Source: Candidatus Latescibacterota bacterium
GTDB taxonomy: Bacteria; Latescibacterota; UBA2968; GCA-2709665
Direction of reading: 5' to 3'
NCBI GenBank assembly: GCA_965226795.1
Contig: CBDDDZ010000005.1
Location: 1,600,001-1,664,000, forward strand
DNA: 64,000 nucleotides
Positions 20,295 through 30,669 of this stretch are shown here, one piece after another. The notes beneath the pieces were generated by a model that saw only the letters and a program-made list of their open reading frames with translations, was not told the DNA's origin and did no database searches. A program made the translations under genes and the position numbers. Each line of letters begins with the position of its first letter. The first letter of the stretch is position 1.

Positions 20295-21251
20295 TCAGGG
20301 GGCCGTGAGGTCATCCGTGGCCCCACTGCCGTAATCTGGTATTTCAAGGGTCCAGACATCGTTGTAGACAACGCTACCCGCGATGGACCCACTGTACCCC
20401 CCGAGCAACCATATCTTCTGTCGAAAGTCGAGGCAGGGAAACGCGTGGCGCACCCCCCATGGCGCTGCACGATGACAGCGCTCCCATGTTCTGCCATCGC
20501 CGGAACACCAGACGTCGTTCATATTGATGGACGGTTCGATGGCCCCGCCGGCGATCCACATCCTGCCGGCGTGGACAAAGGAACAGTGGAACCGTCGCGG
20601 GCCCCATCCGGCATCGACCGTCTCCAGCTGCCACGTTACGCCGTCCGACGAGCACCAGACATCGTTGTAGTTGATCCGACGATCGTGGTAGTTCCCCCCT
20701 CCGAGAATCCACATCCTGTTTCTGTGTTCGACGGCGGGAAACATGGCGCGCGGCGCCCATGGGGAGCGCTTCGCAACCAGGTCCCACCGATGCCCGTCGT
20801 CCGAGCACCAGACGTCGCCGTAGTGCGCCTTTTGCTCCCAGTTGAGCCCGCCGAGAACCCAGATCCGGTTATCGTAAACCAGGCTGCCGAAGGCGCCGCG
20901 ACAACCCCACGGGGCGCGATGCGTCACGCAGTCCCAATTTCGGCCGTCGCTCGAACACCAGATGTCGCCGAGCGTATGGACGCCGTCGAATCCGCCCATC
21001 AACCATATCCGATCACGCAGGACCACACAGCCCGCAAGATTTCGGGCGGGCCACGGCGCTGTCGGCAGCATGTATTCCCACGTCAGGCCGTCGGTAGAAC
21101 GCCAAACGTCGTTGAGGCGCGGGAATCTTTCCGGGCCCAGCATCTGCCAGCCACCGAGCAGCCAGACCTGATCCCTGAAAATCGCGGCGCCCGGCGAATC
21201 TCTGGGCGGCCAGGGCGCACATTCGGTGATACGGTTCCAATTCGCGGTCAT
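20295..21251 (-). CDS. Kelch-like beta-propeller protein
   Basis: Six repeats of APW.PR....IWLxGG....NDVW.SxDG.TW. Confidence 0.85.
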   Translation of the reverse strand: MTANWNRITECAPWPPRDSPGAAIFRDQVWLLGGWQMLGPERFPRLNDVWRSTDGLTWEYMLPTAPWPARNLAGCVVLRDRIWLMGGFDGVHTLGDIWCSSDGRNWDCVTHRAPWGCRGAFGSLVYDNRIWVLGGLNWEQKAHYGDVWCSDDGHRWDLVAKRSPWAPRAMFPAVEHRNRMWILGGGNYHDRRINYNDVWCSSDGVTWQLETVDAGWGPRRFHCSFVHAGRMWIAGGAIEPSINMNDVWCSGDGRTWERCHRAAPWGVRHAFPCLDFRQKIWLLGGYSGSIAGSVVYNDVWTLEIPDYGSGATDDLTAP

Positions 21252-21397
21252 CTTGTACGGGTACGGCCCAACAATCCCCTCGGTCTCCCCGTCCTCCCTT
21301 TTTTGTTTTCCTACACGACGCTTTTCCGATATATTTGACACCGGTTGCCGTGTCAAGTCCCAAACCCCAAAACACCCACAGGAACTGTCGCGATCTT

Positions 21398-22216
21398 ATG
21401 TACCGTACGCTCGTTTACCTCGTCTTCAGCCAACTCGCCGTTGGCGGGTTGTTATCGATGCTGGTCGTCCCCCTCGAAGCCGGCAAACGCTTTTTCCGAT
21501 TCTGCGCCCTCGCGTGTCTGGTATTTCTCCTCCTGGCCCTGTGGGTAGGGCCTTTCGCTATTCTAACGCCTTTAGAGGATGGCGCGACGGAACTCTTGCT
21601 TCCCCGCCGGCTATTGACGGTCAGCGCCCTGCTCGCTTTTGTCTACCTTCTTGCGGTCGTCGCCGAACGCATAAAGCCCCAAAAACCGCTGCTTGGCGCC
21701 GTGGGTCTGACCGGTGCGGCCGGCCTTCTATCGGACGGGTATCTTGCCTGTGCGGCCTGTTCCCCTTTTGCAGCCGGCGTGTTTACCGCCGCCAGTTACC
21801 TGATCTCGGCCCTTTTCCTGGGCAGCGTAATTTTCGCGATGATCCTGGGCCACTGGTACCTTGTGGTACCTGCGCTACACATCCGGCCCCTGCGCGCCCT
21901 CACGCAATTGATGCTTGGCGCCACACTGGCTAAAGCGATGCTGACCGCGCTCACGCTATACGTCTTCTGGGCGGACGGCGACATTCAGATAAGGGAAACG
22001 CTTCGATCATTTTTGGGACTGGGCGGTCTTTTTCTTTGGGTACGCGTGCTCTTTGGCCTGATCGGTCCGCTCATCGTGGGTTTCATGGTCTGGCAAACCG
22101 TCAAGATTCACTCGACCCAGTCTGCGACGGGTCTACTTTACGTGGCCACGATTTTTGTTTTGATCGGGGAATGCGTTTCCGGCTATATTTTTTATACGAC
22201 AACCATACCGGTTTAG
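21398..22216 (+). CDS. Polytopic membrane protein of unknown function
   Basis: About 8 TM segments; motifs QLAVGG, AMILGHWYL, QSATGLLY. Confidence 0.75.
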   Translation: MYRTLVYLVFSQLAVGGLLSMLVVPLEAGKRFFRFCALACLVFLLLALWVGPFAILTPLEDGATELLLPRRLLTVSALLAFVYLLAVVAERIKPQKPLLGAVGLTGAAGLLSDGYLACAACSPFAAGVFTAASYLISALFLGSVIFAMILGHWYLVVPALHIRPLRALTQLMLGATLAKAMLTALTLYVFWADGDIQIRETLRSFLGLGGLFLWVRVLFGLIGPLIVGFMVWQTVKIHSTQSATGLLYVATIFVLIGECVSGYIFYTTTIPV

Positions 22217-22220
22217 GCCC

Positions 22221-22667
22221 ATGGAAATCAGTTTTCGCTGTCCCGAATGTCAGTCCGTGAACCAGTTCCAGGCTTCACGGACCGAAACATCCTGTACGGC
22301 CTGCGGCCTGAATTTTCCAATGGCCTTCTCGGACAAAATCGTACATAGTAACCAGGTCGACGTCTGCCCCTGCTGTGGAAAGTCCGACTTTTACGTCCAG
22401 AGAGACTTCAATGGAAGAATCGGCCTGGCAATCGCCGTTCTTTTTGCCCTGGTCGGCCTGGTTTTCGTGGCATTGGACCGACCGATTTACTTCTACGGCA
22501 GCCTGGGCGCCGCTGCAATTATCGATCTTGTACTGTACCTGAGTCTGCCGGAAATCACGATTTGTTACAGCTGCAAAACCGCCTTTCGGGGCGTCCGAAA
22601 GAACCCGCAGCATCAGTCATTCGACCTGCATACGGCAGACATGTACGACAATCGCGCCAAGGGGTGA
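22221..22667 (+). CDS. Cys-rich (four CxxC) two-TM protein
   Basis: CPEC, CTAC, CPCC, CYSC; YVQRDFN; 4 nt after upstream gene. Confidence 0.75.
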   Translation: MEISFRCPECQSVNQFQASRTETSCTACGLNFPMAFSDKIVHSNQVDVCPCCGKSDFYVQRDFNGRIGLAIAVLFALVGLVFVALDRPIYFYGSLGAAAIIDLVLYLSLPEITICYSCKTAFRGVRKNPQHQSFDLHTADMYDNRAKG

Positions 22668-22718
22668 CCAGGTGCCTGGAGCTGTCATCGCCGGCCGGTA
22701 AACAGGATTGATCCGTCC

Positions 22719-23294
22719 TCAACCGTCCCTTCGCCGCTGCAGCAATTCGAGAAACTCCTCGCGAGTTGTGCGATCCTTGAAAGCGCCCCGGACGGCGGAT
22801 GTGGTCGTCCAGGCACCCGGTTTTTCCACGCCTCGCATTTCCATACACAGGTGCCGGGCCTCAACCACCACAATGGACCCTTTGGGTGCCAGTTCACGTT
22901 CCAGATATTCTACGATCTGGTGGGTCATCCGCTCCTGAATCTGCGGCCGTCGGGCGTAATACTCCACCATCCGCACCAATTTGCTCAACCCCACAATTTG
23001 CATCGTCGGAATATATCCCACGTGAGCCCTGCCCCAGAAGGGCAATAAATGGTGTGCGCACATCGAGTAGAACGTGATATCGGTCATTGCCACCATATTG
23101 TCGAACCCGTCGTCATTGGGAAACATCGTGATGTCGGGTTCGTTGTCTTCGTCGAGGCCCTGAAAAATTTCCAGGTACATCCGGGCGAAGCGCCGCGGCG
23201 TGTCCCTCAGGTGGGGATCCTTCATGTCCAGGTTGAGCACCTTCATGATTTCAGCGATATGATACCCGATCCGCTCGATTTTGTCTTCCGCCAT
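22719..23294 (-). CDS. folE: GTP cyclohydrolase I
   Basis: TPRRFARM, SMCAHHLLPF, GLSKL, RPQIQERMT, HLCMEMRGV. Confidence 0.97.
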   Translation of the reverse strand: MAEDKIERIGYHIAEIMKVLNLDMKDPHLRDTPRRFARMYLEIFQGLDEDNEPDITMFPNDDGFDNMVAMTDITFYSMCAHHLLPFWGRAHVGYIPTMQIVGLSKLVRMVEYYARRPQIQERMTHQIVEYLERELAPKGSIVVVEARHLCMEMRGVEKPGAWTTTSAVRGAFKDRTTREEFLELLQRRRDG

Positions 23295-23414
23295 GGCCGC
23301 TCCTCAATTTCCATTTACGCGGGTGTTTTTGGGCCCGTTGCTTCGAATTCAACTCCCGGCAGCCTGCAGATACTCCGCCGAGAAAGCCGGTGTTCGTCCT
23401 GCACAGGTTGGGGG

Positions 23415-23984
23415 TCAGTCTGCCGCGCCGAAAGCCAGTCCCAGGCTGATCCGGAACGAGGAGTCCGCTTCCTCGTCGGCGATCATCATCTTGAGTTCAC
23501 CGAACCAGAGAAGACCCGGCCCAACCCGTCTGCGGAACCCGAGTGGAATATTCAGCGTAACCTTCGTGTCCTCCGGGACAGTCACGTTGATCGTGCCTGC
23601 CTGTCCGCCGGGCTCGATAATGTCAAATCGTCTCAGGTGCACGCCGATCCCGCCGCCCACGTAACCGAAGGTTTTGCCCTCGCCGAAAATGAACTGCGCG
23701 TCTCCGTTCAGGGAATATATCTTCATATTGTCCTGAATAACCAGATCCAAACCCGGAACGAGATGGAGACGAGGTATGAAAATGGATCCGAAATCGACGT
23801 GCCCGCCAAGCGTCAGCCGGGCTGAATCGAACTCGTATCCGAGGTATTCATCGGATTCCTGACGCGTAAGGTCCACGCCAACCTTAACGCCAAGTCCGCG
23901 CAACCCGAGCGCGTCCGCATGGCCGTGGCCCAGCACCAGGCAGGCAGCAATCACACCGAATGTCCAGCGTGTACATTTACACAT
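23415..23984 (-). CDS. Secreted small outer-membrane beta-barrel protein
   Basis: Signal peptide (ADA), alternating beta pattern, YVGGGIG, C-terminal FRISLGLAF. Confidence 0.65.
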   Translation of the reverse strand: MCKCTRWTFGVIAACLVLGHGHADALGLRGLGVKVGVDLTRQESDEYLGYEFDSARLTLGGHVDFGSIFIPRLHLVPGLDLVIQDNMKIYSLNGDAQFIFGEGKTFGYVGGGIGVHLRRFDIIEPGGQAGTINVTVPEDTKVTLNIPLGFRRRVGPGLLWFGELKMMIADEEADSSFRISLGLAFGAAD

Positions 23985-24062
23985 AGGGTTACCCCTTATT
24001 TCTTTGAGTGCCCGTTGGTTGGCACCGCCCCGGCGATGCTTCACGCCGCCCGCAACGCGTCA

Positions 24063-25154
24063 TCATACGTTGAAGAGGAATCGAATAACGTCGCCGTCCT
24101 GAACGGCGTATTGCCTGCCTTCGGCGCGCATCCTGCCCGATTCACGCAACCCTGAGATGCTGCCGACAGCCAGGACGTCCTGGTAGGCGGCAACTTCCGC
24201 CTTGATGAATCCTCGCTCCATGTCCGAGTGAATCCTGCCGGCGGCGGCTGGAGCCCGCGTGCCCTCAAGAACTTCCCAGGCCTGCAGTTTTTCATTTGCG
24301 GTGGTATAGAAAGTAATCAGCCCCAACAGGTCGTAGCCTGCACGAATCAGCCGGTTCACGCCCGGCTGACTCAACCCCATATCCTCGAAAAAGACCGTCC
24401 GGTCGGCGGGTGGCAACTCGGCGACCTCCGCCTCGATCTGCGCGGCCAGCGGAAGTACCCTGTCGGCGCCGACCAGCGCCCGCAATCCTGCCGTTCGGGC
24501 GCCCCCGTCTGGCAGGTCCGTCTCCCCAACGTTCGCCACATAAAGGACGGGTTTGGCGGTGAGAAAATTGAAGGGCCTCAGGGCTTCCAATTGCGCTTCC
24601 GGCAGGTCCTGTTGACTTACGGGAAGAGACCGTCCCAGCCCTTCGACGGCTTTTTTCAAGGCTTCGTATGCGAAGCGTTCCGGGGCGCGGGGATTTGAAC
24701 GCAGAACTTTTTCAAGTCGGTGCGCGATTCCCTCCGCCGATTCGAGATCGGCCAATTCCAGTTCGGTTTCAACGGTTTCGACATCCCGCACGGGGTCCAC
24801 GCGGCCTTCCACGTGCGGTACATTCCCGTTTTCGTAACAACGCACCACATGAACCAGCGCGTCGACCTCCCGAATGCGCGCCAGAAACAGGTTGCCCAGG
24901 CCCTCGCCACGGCTGGCGCCCCGAACCAGACCGGCAATATCCACAAAGTGAATGAATGCGGGAACACAGGACTCGGGTCCGAACAGTTTATACAGCCGCT
25001 GCAGGCGCTCGTCCGGTACTTCCACAACACCGACATTTGGTTCAACGGTACAAAAAGGATAGTTCGATGCTTCAACGCCGGCCCTGGTGAGTGCATTGAA
25101 CAGGGTCGATTTGCCCACGTTTGGCAGGCCGATAATGCCGATATTCAAGGCCAT
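24063..25154 (-). CDS. ychF: Redox-regulated ATPase YchF
   Basis: GLPNVGKSTLFNALT, NYPFCT, DIAGLVRGASRGEGLGN, IHSDMERGFIKAE. Confidence 0.97.
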   Translation of the reverse strand: MALNIGIIGLPNVGKSTLFNALTRAGVEASNYPFCTVEPNVGVVEVPDERLQRLYKLFGPESCVPAFIHFVDIAGLVRGASRGEGLGNLFLARIREVDALVHVVRCYENGNVPHVEGRVDPVRDVETVETELELADLESAEGIAHRLEKVLRSNPRAPERFAYEALKKAVEGLGRSLPVSQQDLPEAQLEALRPFNFLTAKPVLYVANVGETDLPDGGARTAGLRALVGADRVLPLAAQIEAEVAELPPADRTVFFEDMGLSQPGVNRLIRAGYDLLGLITFYTTANEKLQAWEVLEGTRAPAAAGRIHSDMERGFIKAEVAAYQDVLAVGSISGLRESGRMRAEGRQYAVQDGDVIRFLFNV

Positions 25155-25253
25155 ACTTTCCGGCAGGTCAGGCGGACGTATTTGCGCCCGACAAGAGAAA
25201 CAGCCAGCGGATAGACGTAAACCGCTGGCCGACAACGGCTTGACCAATTATTA

Positions 25254-25520
25254 TTAAAGGCCTCCGCTAATGGCGGTGACAAAGTGGACCTCGCTCTCCC
25301 CGGCTACCTTCTGACGCATCCCTTCGTTGCTTACAACACCGTCAATGGCAACCGCCAGACCGGGCCTGACGCGGTCTCCGTCGCAGATCCGATCCTTAAT
25401 TCCCGGAAACCTCGCCTCAAGGTTCTCGATGACCTCCCGAATCGTCTGACCGGGCACCTGAACCTGTTCCTGACCGTCGGTCAGACCACGCATCAGCGAC
25501 GGTATCCAGACCTCCGGCAT
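25254..25520 (-). CDS. MoaD/ThiS-family ubiquitin-like protein
   Basis: 88 aa beta-grasp pattern; ends AISGGL. Confidence 0.85.
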   Translation of the reverse strand: MPEVWIPSLMRGLTDGQEQVQVPGQTIREVIENLEARFPGIKDRICDGDRVRPGLAVAIDGVVSNEGMRQKVAGESEVHFVTAISGGL

Positions 25521-25523
25521 GGC

Positions 25524-27827
25524 TCACCCCTTCCCTTTGCCCCCACCATTTTTGTTAAAGAGTGTCTTCAGAACACGCCCCGGAGACATGGGCAGGTCAC
25601 GCAAACGCACCCCAACTGCGTGGTAGATCGCGTTTGCCACAGCGGCAGGCGGAGGAACAATCGGCACCTCGCCCACACCTCGCACCCCGTAAGGGTGGCC
25701 GGGATTGGGCACCTCGACAATCACCGTCTCGATCATCGGCAGATCCAGGCAGGTGGGCATCCGGTAGTCCAGCAGGCTGGCGTTGACCAGGTCGCCTTTT
25801 TCGTTGTAGTAGTATGCTTCGTTCAATGCCCATCCGATTCCCTGGGCTACGCCGCCCTGCATCTGTCCTTCCACGTAGGCCGGATGAATGGCTTTACCCG
25901 CATCCTGTACAATGGTGACCCTGAGAATGTCAACCTTGCCGGTTTCAGGATCGACTTCAACGTCCACGACCATGACGGCGTAGGCCGGCCCCGCCGTCTT
26001 TCCCGACACTGCCGCCCGCCCAACCACAGGTCCGCCCGTAGCACCCAACTTACCCGCCAGTTCGGTAAACGTGATGGACTTCTCGGGAGCCGATCTGGAC
26101 TTGAACACACCCCCCTCAAAGACCACATCGTCCTCTGAAATCTCCCACAATCTGGCCGCCCTGGCGACCATCTGGCGTTTTGCGTCCTCCGCCGCCTCGT
26201 AACCCGCCCACCCCGTGGCAAAGGTCACGCGGCTGCCGCCTGTACCGTCCGTCTGCCCGATGGCATCGGTATCCACCACCATGGGTTTCACCTGCGCGGC
26301 GGGGATGCCCAGCACCTCGGCAACCTGCATCGCAATGGACGTACGTGTGCCCCCGATATCGGGCGAACCCTCGATCAGACTGACCGTGCCGTCGGCACTT
26401 ACGCTGACCACAACCGTCGAGGTCCCGCCCCCGTTGAACCAGAACCCCGAAGCCACACCGCGACCCCTATTGGGACCTTCGAGCCTGGATTGGTAATGGT
26501 CTGATGCCATCGCCGCTTTCACGCATTCATCGTGTCCGATACGCGGAAAAACCGGACCGTCGGCCCGCCGGCTACCTTCCCTGGCGGAGTTCTTCAGACG
26601 AAACTCGAGCGGGTCGGTGTCGAGAATTTCGCAGATCTCGTCGATAACCGTCTCGGCTGCGAACGCGCCATTGGTGGCGCCAGGGGCGCGGTAGGCCGAG
26701 GTCTGTGGCTTATTCACGACGACGTCGTACCCGTCGATGACCACGTTGGGAATGTCGTACGGAGAAAAAATACAGCCGGCTCCGGCACCTACGGGTGAAC
26801 CTGGATAGGCCCCTGCCTCGTAGGCAAGATACGCCTGTGCGGCAACCAGCCTGCCATCGTTTCTCGCGCCCATCTTCACCTTCATATAGGAACCCGGAGT
26901 GGGGCCCGTTGCCTTCAGAACTTCGGTGCGGCTCATCACCATCTTTACGGGCTTGCCGGTCATCCGGGACATCAGAGCGGCCGTCGGTTCCTGGTAGACG
27001 CGAAACTTTCCTCCGAATCCGCCGCCGATCTCGGCCGGTATCACCCGGACGCGGGAGGCGGGCACGCCCACCACGTCGGCAACCTGGTCGCGCACCTCGA
27101 ACGGCCCCTGCGTGCTCGTCCAGATCGTGATCTGACCGTCCAGATTCCAATAGGCCGTCACGTTATGGGGTTCTATATAGCCCTGGTGCACCGTCTGGGT
27201 GCTGAATTCCCGCTCAACGACCACATCCGCTTCAGCGAATCCCCTATCGATGTTGCCCAACGAATGCTGGAAGTGGCTGGCGATATTTCCCGGCTTGTCC
27301 GTAGTTTGCCCCAGGGACCTCATTCTCAAGGATTCATGCAGGAGAGGCGCACCATCTTCCATAGCGGGACGGACATCCAGCACGGGCTCCAGGACTTCGT
27401 ACTTCACGCGGATCAAATCCAGGGCCTCTTCGGCTATATGGGCCGACGTTGCGGCGACTGCCGCTACCGCATGCCCCTCGTAAAGCACTTTGTCGGACGC
27501 CAACACGTTTGTAACCAGGTGGGGAAGACTTACGGAACCCTCTCCGATGTTCGCCATTTTGTCTTCGTAGTGCAGCGCGAGGTCTGCGCCCGTCATCACG
27601 GCCTTCACGCCCGCAAGCGCTTCGGCCGCTCGCGTATCGATGGACAGAATGCGGGCGTGCGCGTGCGGGCTGCGGAGGGTCTTTCCGATCAACACGCCTG
27701 ACGTGTGGGTATCCGCACCGTACTTCGCGCGGCCCGTCACCTTATCCGTGCCATCGTGGCGAATCGGTCGCGTACCCACCACGTTGTAGCTTTCAACGCC
27801 AAGATAGTCTTCAGTCTTTGTCGCCAT
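25524..27827 (-). CDS. Xanthine dehydrogenase-family molybdopterin-binding subunit (copy 2)
   Basis: RSPHAHARI, HQGYIEP, GGGFGGK, AYRAPG, VEGQMQGG, RGVGE. Confidence 0.93.
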   Translation of the reverse strand: MATKTEDYLGVESYNVVGTRPIRHDGTDKVTGRAKYGADTHTSGVLIGKTLRSPHAHARILSIDTRAAEALAGVKAVMTGADLALHYEDKMANIGEGSVSLPHLVTNVLASDKVLYEGHAVAAVAATSAHIAEEALDLIRVKYEVLEPVLDVRPAMEDGAPLLHESLRMRSLGQTTDKPGNIASHFQHSLGNIDRGFAEADVVVEREFSTQTVHQGYIEPHNVTAYWNLDGQITIWTSTQGPFEVRDQVADVVGVPASRVRVIPAEIGGGFGGKFRVYQEPTAALMSRMTGKPVKMVMSRTEVLKATGPTPGSYMKVKMGARNDGRLVAAQAYLAYEAGAYPGSPVGAGAGCIFSPYDIPNVVIDGYDVVVNKPQTSAYRAPGATNGAFAAETVIDEICEILDTDPLEFRLKNSAREGSRRADGPVFPRIGHDECVKAAMASDHYQSRLEGPNRGRGVASGFWFNGGGTSTVVVSVSADGTVSLIEGSPDIGGTRTSIAMQVAEVLGIPAAQVKPMVVDTDAIGQTDGTGGSRVTFATGWAGYEAAEDAKRQMVARAARLWEISEDDVVFEGGVFKSRSAPEKSITFTELAGKLGATGGPVVGRAAVSGKTAGPAYAVMVVDVEVDPETGKVDILRVTIVQDAGKAIHPAYVEGQMQGGVAQGIGWALNEAYYYNEKGDLVNASLLDYRMPTCLDLPMIETVIVEVPNPGHPYGVRGVGEVPIVPPPAAVANAIYHAVGVRLRDLPMSPGRVLKTLFNKNGGGKGKG

Positions 27828-27889
27828 TGTGATCTGATCTCCGGAAATTAACGCGCAGCGCCGCTCTTTGAGCACGCGCACGGTGTCCC

Positions 27890-30169
27890 TTATGTACCGT
27901 TCTTATTCCACAGCGCCTTCAGTACGTTGCCTGGAGACATCGGCAACACGTTCATCCGAACACCCGCGGCGCGGTAGATGGCATTGGCTAGAGCCGCCGG
28001 GGGCGGTATAATGGGCGCCTCCCCAACACCGCGCACACCGTAGGGATGCCCGGGATTGGGAACTTCCACTATTATGGTTTCAATCATGGGCAGGTCCAGG
28101 CACGTTGGCATCCGATAGTCCAGAAGGCTGGCATTGGTCAACTTGCCGTCTTTGCTGTACCAATACTCTTCGTTCAAGCCCCAACCGATCCCTTGAGCCG
28201 CGCCCCCCTGCATCTGACCTTCCACATATGCGGGATGGACGGCCTTGCCCGCGTCCTGCACCATTGTGACCCTTAGAATGTCCACCTTTCCCGTATCCGG
28301 GTCGGTTTCGACGTCGGCGATCATCAGCGAAAATGCGCCCCCGACCCCTTGCGGGTCGACGGTCGCACGCCCGACAACCGGACCACCCGTCTCATTAAGT
28401 TTTCCAGACAATTCCTTGAACGTCAGCGACTTCGATGGATCAGACCTGGATTTGAACGTGCCGTCTTCAAAGGCCGCATCGTCTGGTGAAATTTCCCAGT
28501 ATTTCGCGGCCCGTTCGACCATTTGTACAATGATATCCTGAGCCGCGTTGTAGGCCGCCCAGCCCGTGGCGAACGTGACCCGGCTGCCGCCGGTGACGTC
28601 GGTTTCCCCCACACCGTCGGTATCCGCCACAACAGGATTGACGTCTTCGGCGGGAATACCCAGTGGCTCGGCGAGTTGCATCGCCACCGAGGTCCGGGTA
28701 CCGCCGATATCGGTGGATCCTTCGACCAGGCTTACGGTGCCGTCTGTATTCACCGACGCGCACGCGCTGGACTTGAGCCCCACGTTAAACCAGAAGCCGG
28801 ACGCCACGCCGCGGCCCCTGTTTTTACCCTCGAGGGGCGCATTGTAGTGGTCGCTTGCCATCGCCGCCCTCAATACTTCCTCGTGGCCAATGCGGGGAAA
28901 CGTAGGCCCGTCCGCCCGTCGCGTGCCTTCCTTCGCCGAGTTTTTCAACCGGAACTCGAGGGGATCCTCGCCCAGCCTCTCGCAAATCTCGTCTACAATG
29001 GTCTCGGATGCAAAGGCCGCGTTGGTGGCGCCCGGGGCTCTGTAAGCCATCGTCTGCGGTTTATTCACGACGACGTTGTACCCGTCGATGGACACGTTTT
29101 CGATATCGTACGGCGCGAAAATGCACATTGCTCCGGGTTCGGCCCACGCTCCCGCGAATCCGCCCGACTCGTAGGCCAGGTAGGCCTCGGCGGCCACCAG
29201 TTTACCCCCGTTTGTGGCTCCCATCTTTACCCGTATGTAGGATCCGGGAGTGGGTCCGGTGGCCTTCAACACTTCCTCGCGGCTCATCACCATCTTCACC
29301 GGATGGCCCGACTTTCTGGACAGAATTGCCGCAACGGGCTCAAGGTAAACCCTGATCTTTCCGCCGAATCCCCCGCCAATTTCGGTAGGGATTACGCGGA
29401 TATTCACAGGCGATATCTGCAGCAGGCCCGCCAATTGCTCGCGTACAGTAAACGAACCCTGGGTACTGCACCAGACCGTAAGGCGTCCGCCAGGATTCCA
29501 CAGCGCCGTGGCATTCTGCGGTTCGATATAACCCTGGTGCACCGTGTCCGTGAAGAACTCCTTCTCTATCACCACGTCGGCCCGGGCGAAGCCCTGCCCG
29601 GTGTCGCCCAGCTTATGCTGAAAGTGCGTGGCGATGTTGCTCGCCGTCCCCGTGTCTTCGCCCAGAGATTCGGTGGTCAGCGTATCGTGCAAAAGCGGCG
29701 AATCCGGCTTCATTGCCTCCCGCACATCCAGCAACGGCTCAAGGACCTCGTACTCCACCTCGATCAGCCCCAAAACCTCTTCTGCGATATGCGCACTTGT
29801 CGCGGCCACGGCGGCTACGGCGTGGCCGTCGTAGACCACCTTTCCGTCTGCCAGTACGTTTGCTCGCAGATCCACCATATTGGCCGCGCCCTCGCCCAGG
29901 TCTTCGACCTTGTTCTCCGGGACGGGAATGTCGGCGGCGGTAGCGACTGCCTTCACGCCGTGGATTGCTTCGGCGTTGCCGGTGTGTATGGACACAATGC
30001 GTGCATGGGCGTGAGGACTGCGCAACACTTTCCCGTAGATCAGGCCGGACATGTTGACATCGGCTCCGTATATTGCCCGACCGGTGACCTTGTCTACCCC
30101 ATCGTGCCTGATGGGCCGTGTGCCCAGCACCTTATACTCTTTGATCCCGAGAAAATCCTCGCCCGGCAT
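27890..30169 (-). CDS. Xanthine dehydrogenase-family molybdopterin-binding subunit (copy 1)
   Basis: Same motifs; ATG 30169 overlaps the stop of the 2Fe-2S subunit. Confidence 0.93.
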   Translation of the reverse strand: MPGEDFLGIKEYKVLGTRPIRHDGVDKVTGRAIYGADVNMSGLIYGKVLRSPHAHARIVSIHTGNAEAIHGVKAVATAADIPVPENKVEDLGEGAANMVDLRANVLADGKVVYDGHAVAAVAATSAHIAEEVLGLIEVEYEVLEPLLDVREAMKPDSPLLHDTLTTESLGEDTGTASNIATHFQHKLGDTGQGFARADVVIEKEFFTDTVHQGYIEPQNATALWNPGGRLTVWCSTQGSFTVREQLAGLLQISPVNIRVIPTEIGGGFGGKIRVYLEPVAAILSRKSGHPVKMVMSREEVLKATGPTPGSYIRVKMGATNGGKLVAAEAYLAYESGGFAGAWAEPGAMCIFAPYDIENVSIDGYNVVVNKPQTMAYRAPGATNAAFASETIVDEICERLGEDPLEFRLKNSAKEGTRRADGPTFPRIGHEEVLRAAMASDHYNAPLEGKNRGRGVASGFWFNVGLKSSACASVNTDGTVSLVEGSTDIGGTRTSVAMQLAEPLGIPAEDVNPVVADTDGVGETDVTGGSRVTFATGWAAYNAAQDIIVQMVERAAKYWEISPDDAAFEDGTFKSRSDPSKSLTFKELSGKLNETGGPVVGRATVDPQGVGGAFSLMIADVETDPDTGKVDILRVTMVQDAGKAVHPAYVEGQMQGGAAQGIGWGLNEEYWYSKDGKLTNASLLDYRMPTCLDLPMIETIIVEVPNPGHPYGVRGVGEAPIIPPPAALANAIYRAAGVRMNVLPMSPGNVLKALWNKNGT

Positions 30170-30651
30170 CAGACTGTCTCCTTCATCGCGCGCGCGGTAT
30201 CCATTACCGCTCTGACAATCTTGTCGTACCCCGTGCACCGGCAAAGGTTCCCCGCCAGCCACAGGCGAATCCGGTGCTCGTCGGGATCTGGCTCCCGGTC
30301 CAGCAGCGCCTTCGCCGCCACGATGAATCCGGGCGTGCATACCCCGCACTGGAGCGCCGCATGCTCCAGGAATTTCTGCTGTAGGGGATGCAGCCCCTCG
30401 GCGGTGGCCACCCCCTCGATGGTGGTGATGTCGCACCCCTCCGCCTCAACGCCCAGCGCCAGACAGGAGTTGGTCACGCGGCCATCTACAATCACGCTGC
30501 ACGCGCCACAGTTGCCGTTGCCGCAACCCTCCTTGGCCCCGGTGAGGCCCAGGTTGTCGCGAAGTACGTCCAGCAGCGTATCACGGGGTTCACACAGGAA
30601 TTCGGTTTCTTCTCCGTTGATCGTTGTCGTCACATGAACTTTACCAGCCAT
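30169..30651 (-). CDS. (2Fe-2S)-binding subunit (CoxS/XdhC-like)
   Basis: GCGNGNCGAC, QCGVCTPG, GNLCRCTGY. Confidence 0.95.
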   Translation of the reverse strand: MAGKVHVTTTINGEETEFLCEPRDTLLDVLRDNLGLTGAKEGCGNGNCGACSVIVDGRVTNSCLALGVEAEGCDITTIEGVATAEGLHPLQQKFLEHAALQCGVCTPGFIVAAKALLDREPDPDEHRIRLWLAGNLCRCTGYDKIVRAVMDTARAMKETV

Positions 30652-30669
30652 TGTATGCGGACTCCTATC

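Noticed and set aside
20295..21251. Regular ~150-nt DNA repeats as a CRISPR array
   Set aside because: Degenerate in-frame Kelch repeats; no identical repeats, unique spacers or cas genes.
28523..30637. 704-aa plus-strand ORF
   Set aside because: Antisense shadow of the Mo and FeS subunit genes; no recognisable motifs.
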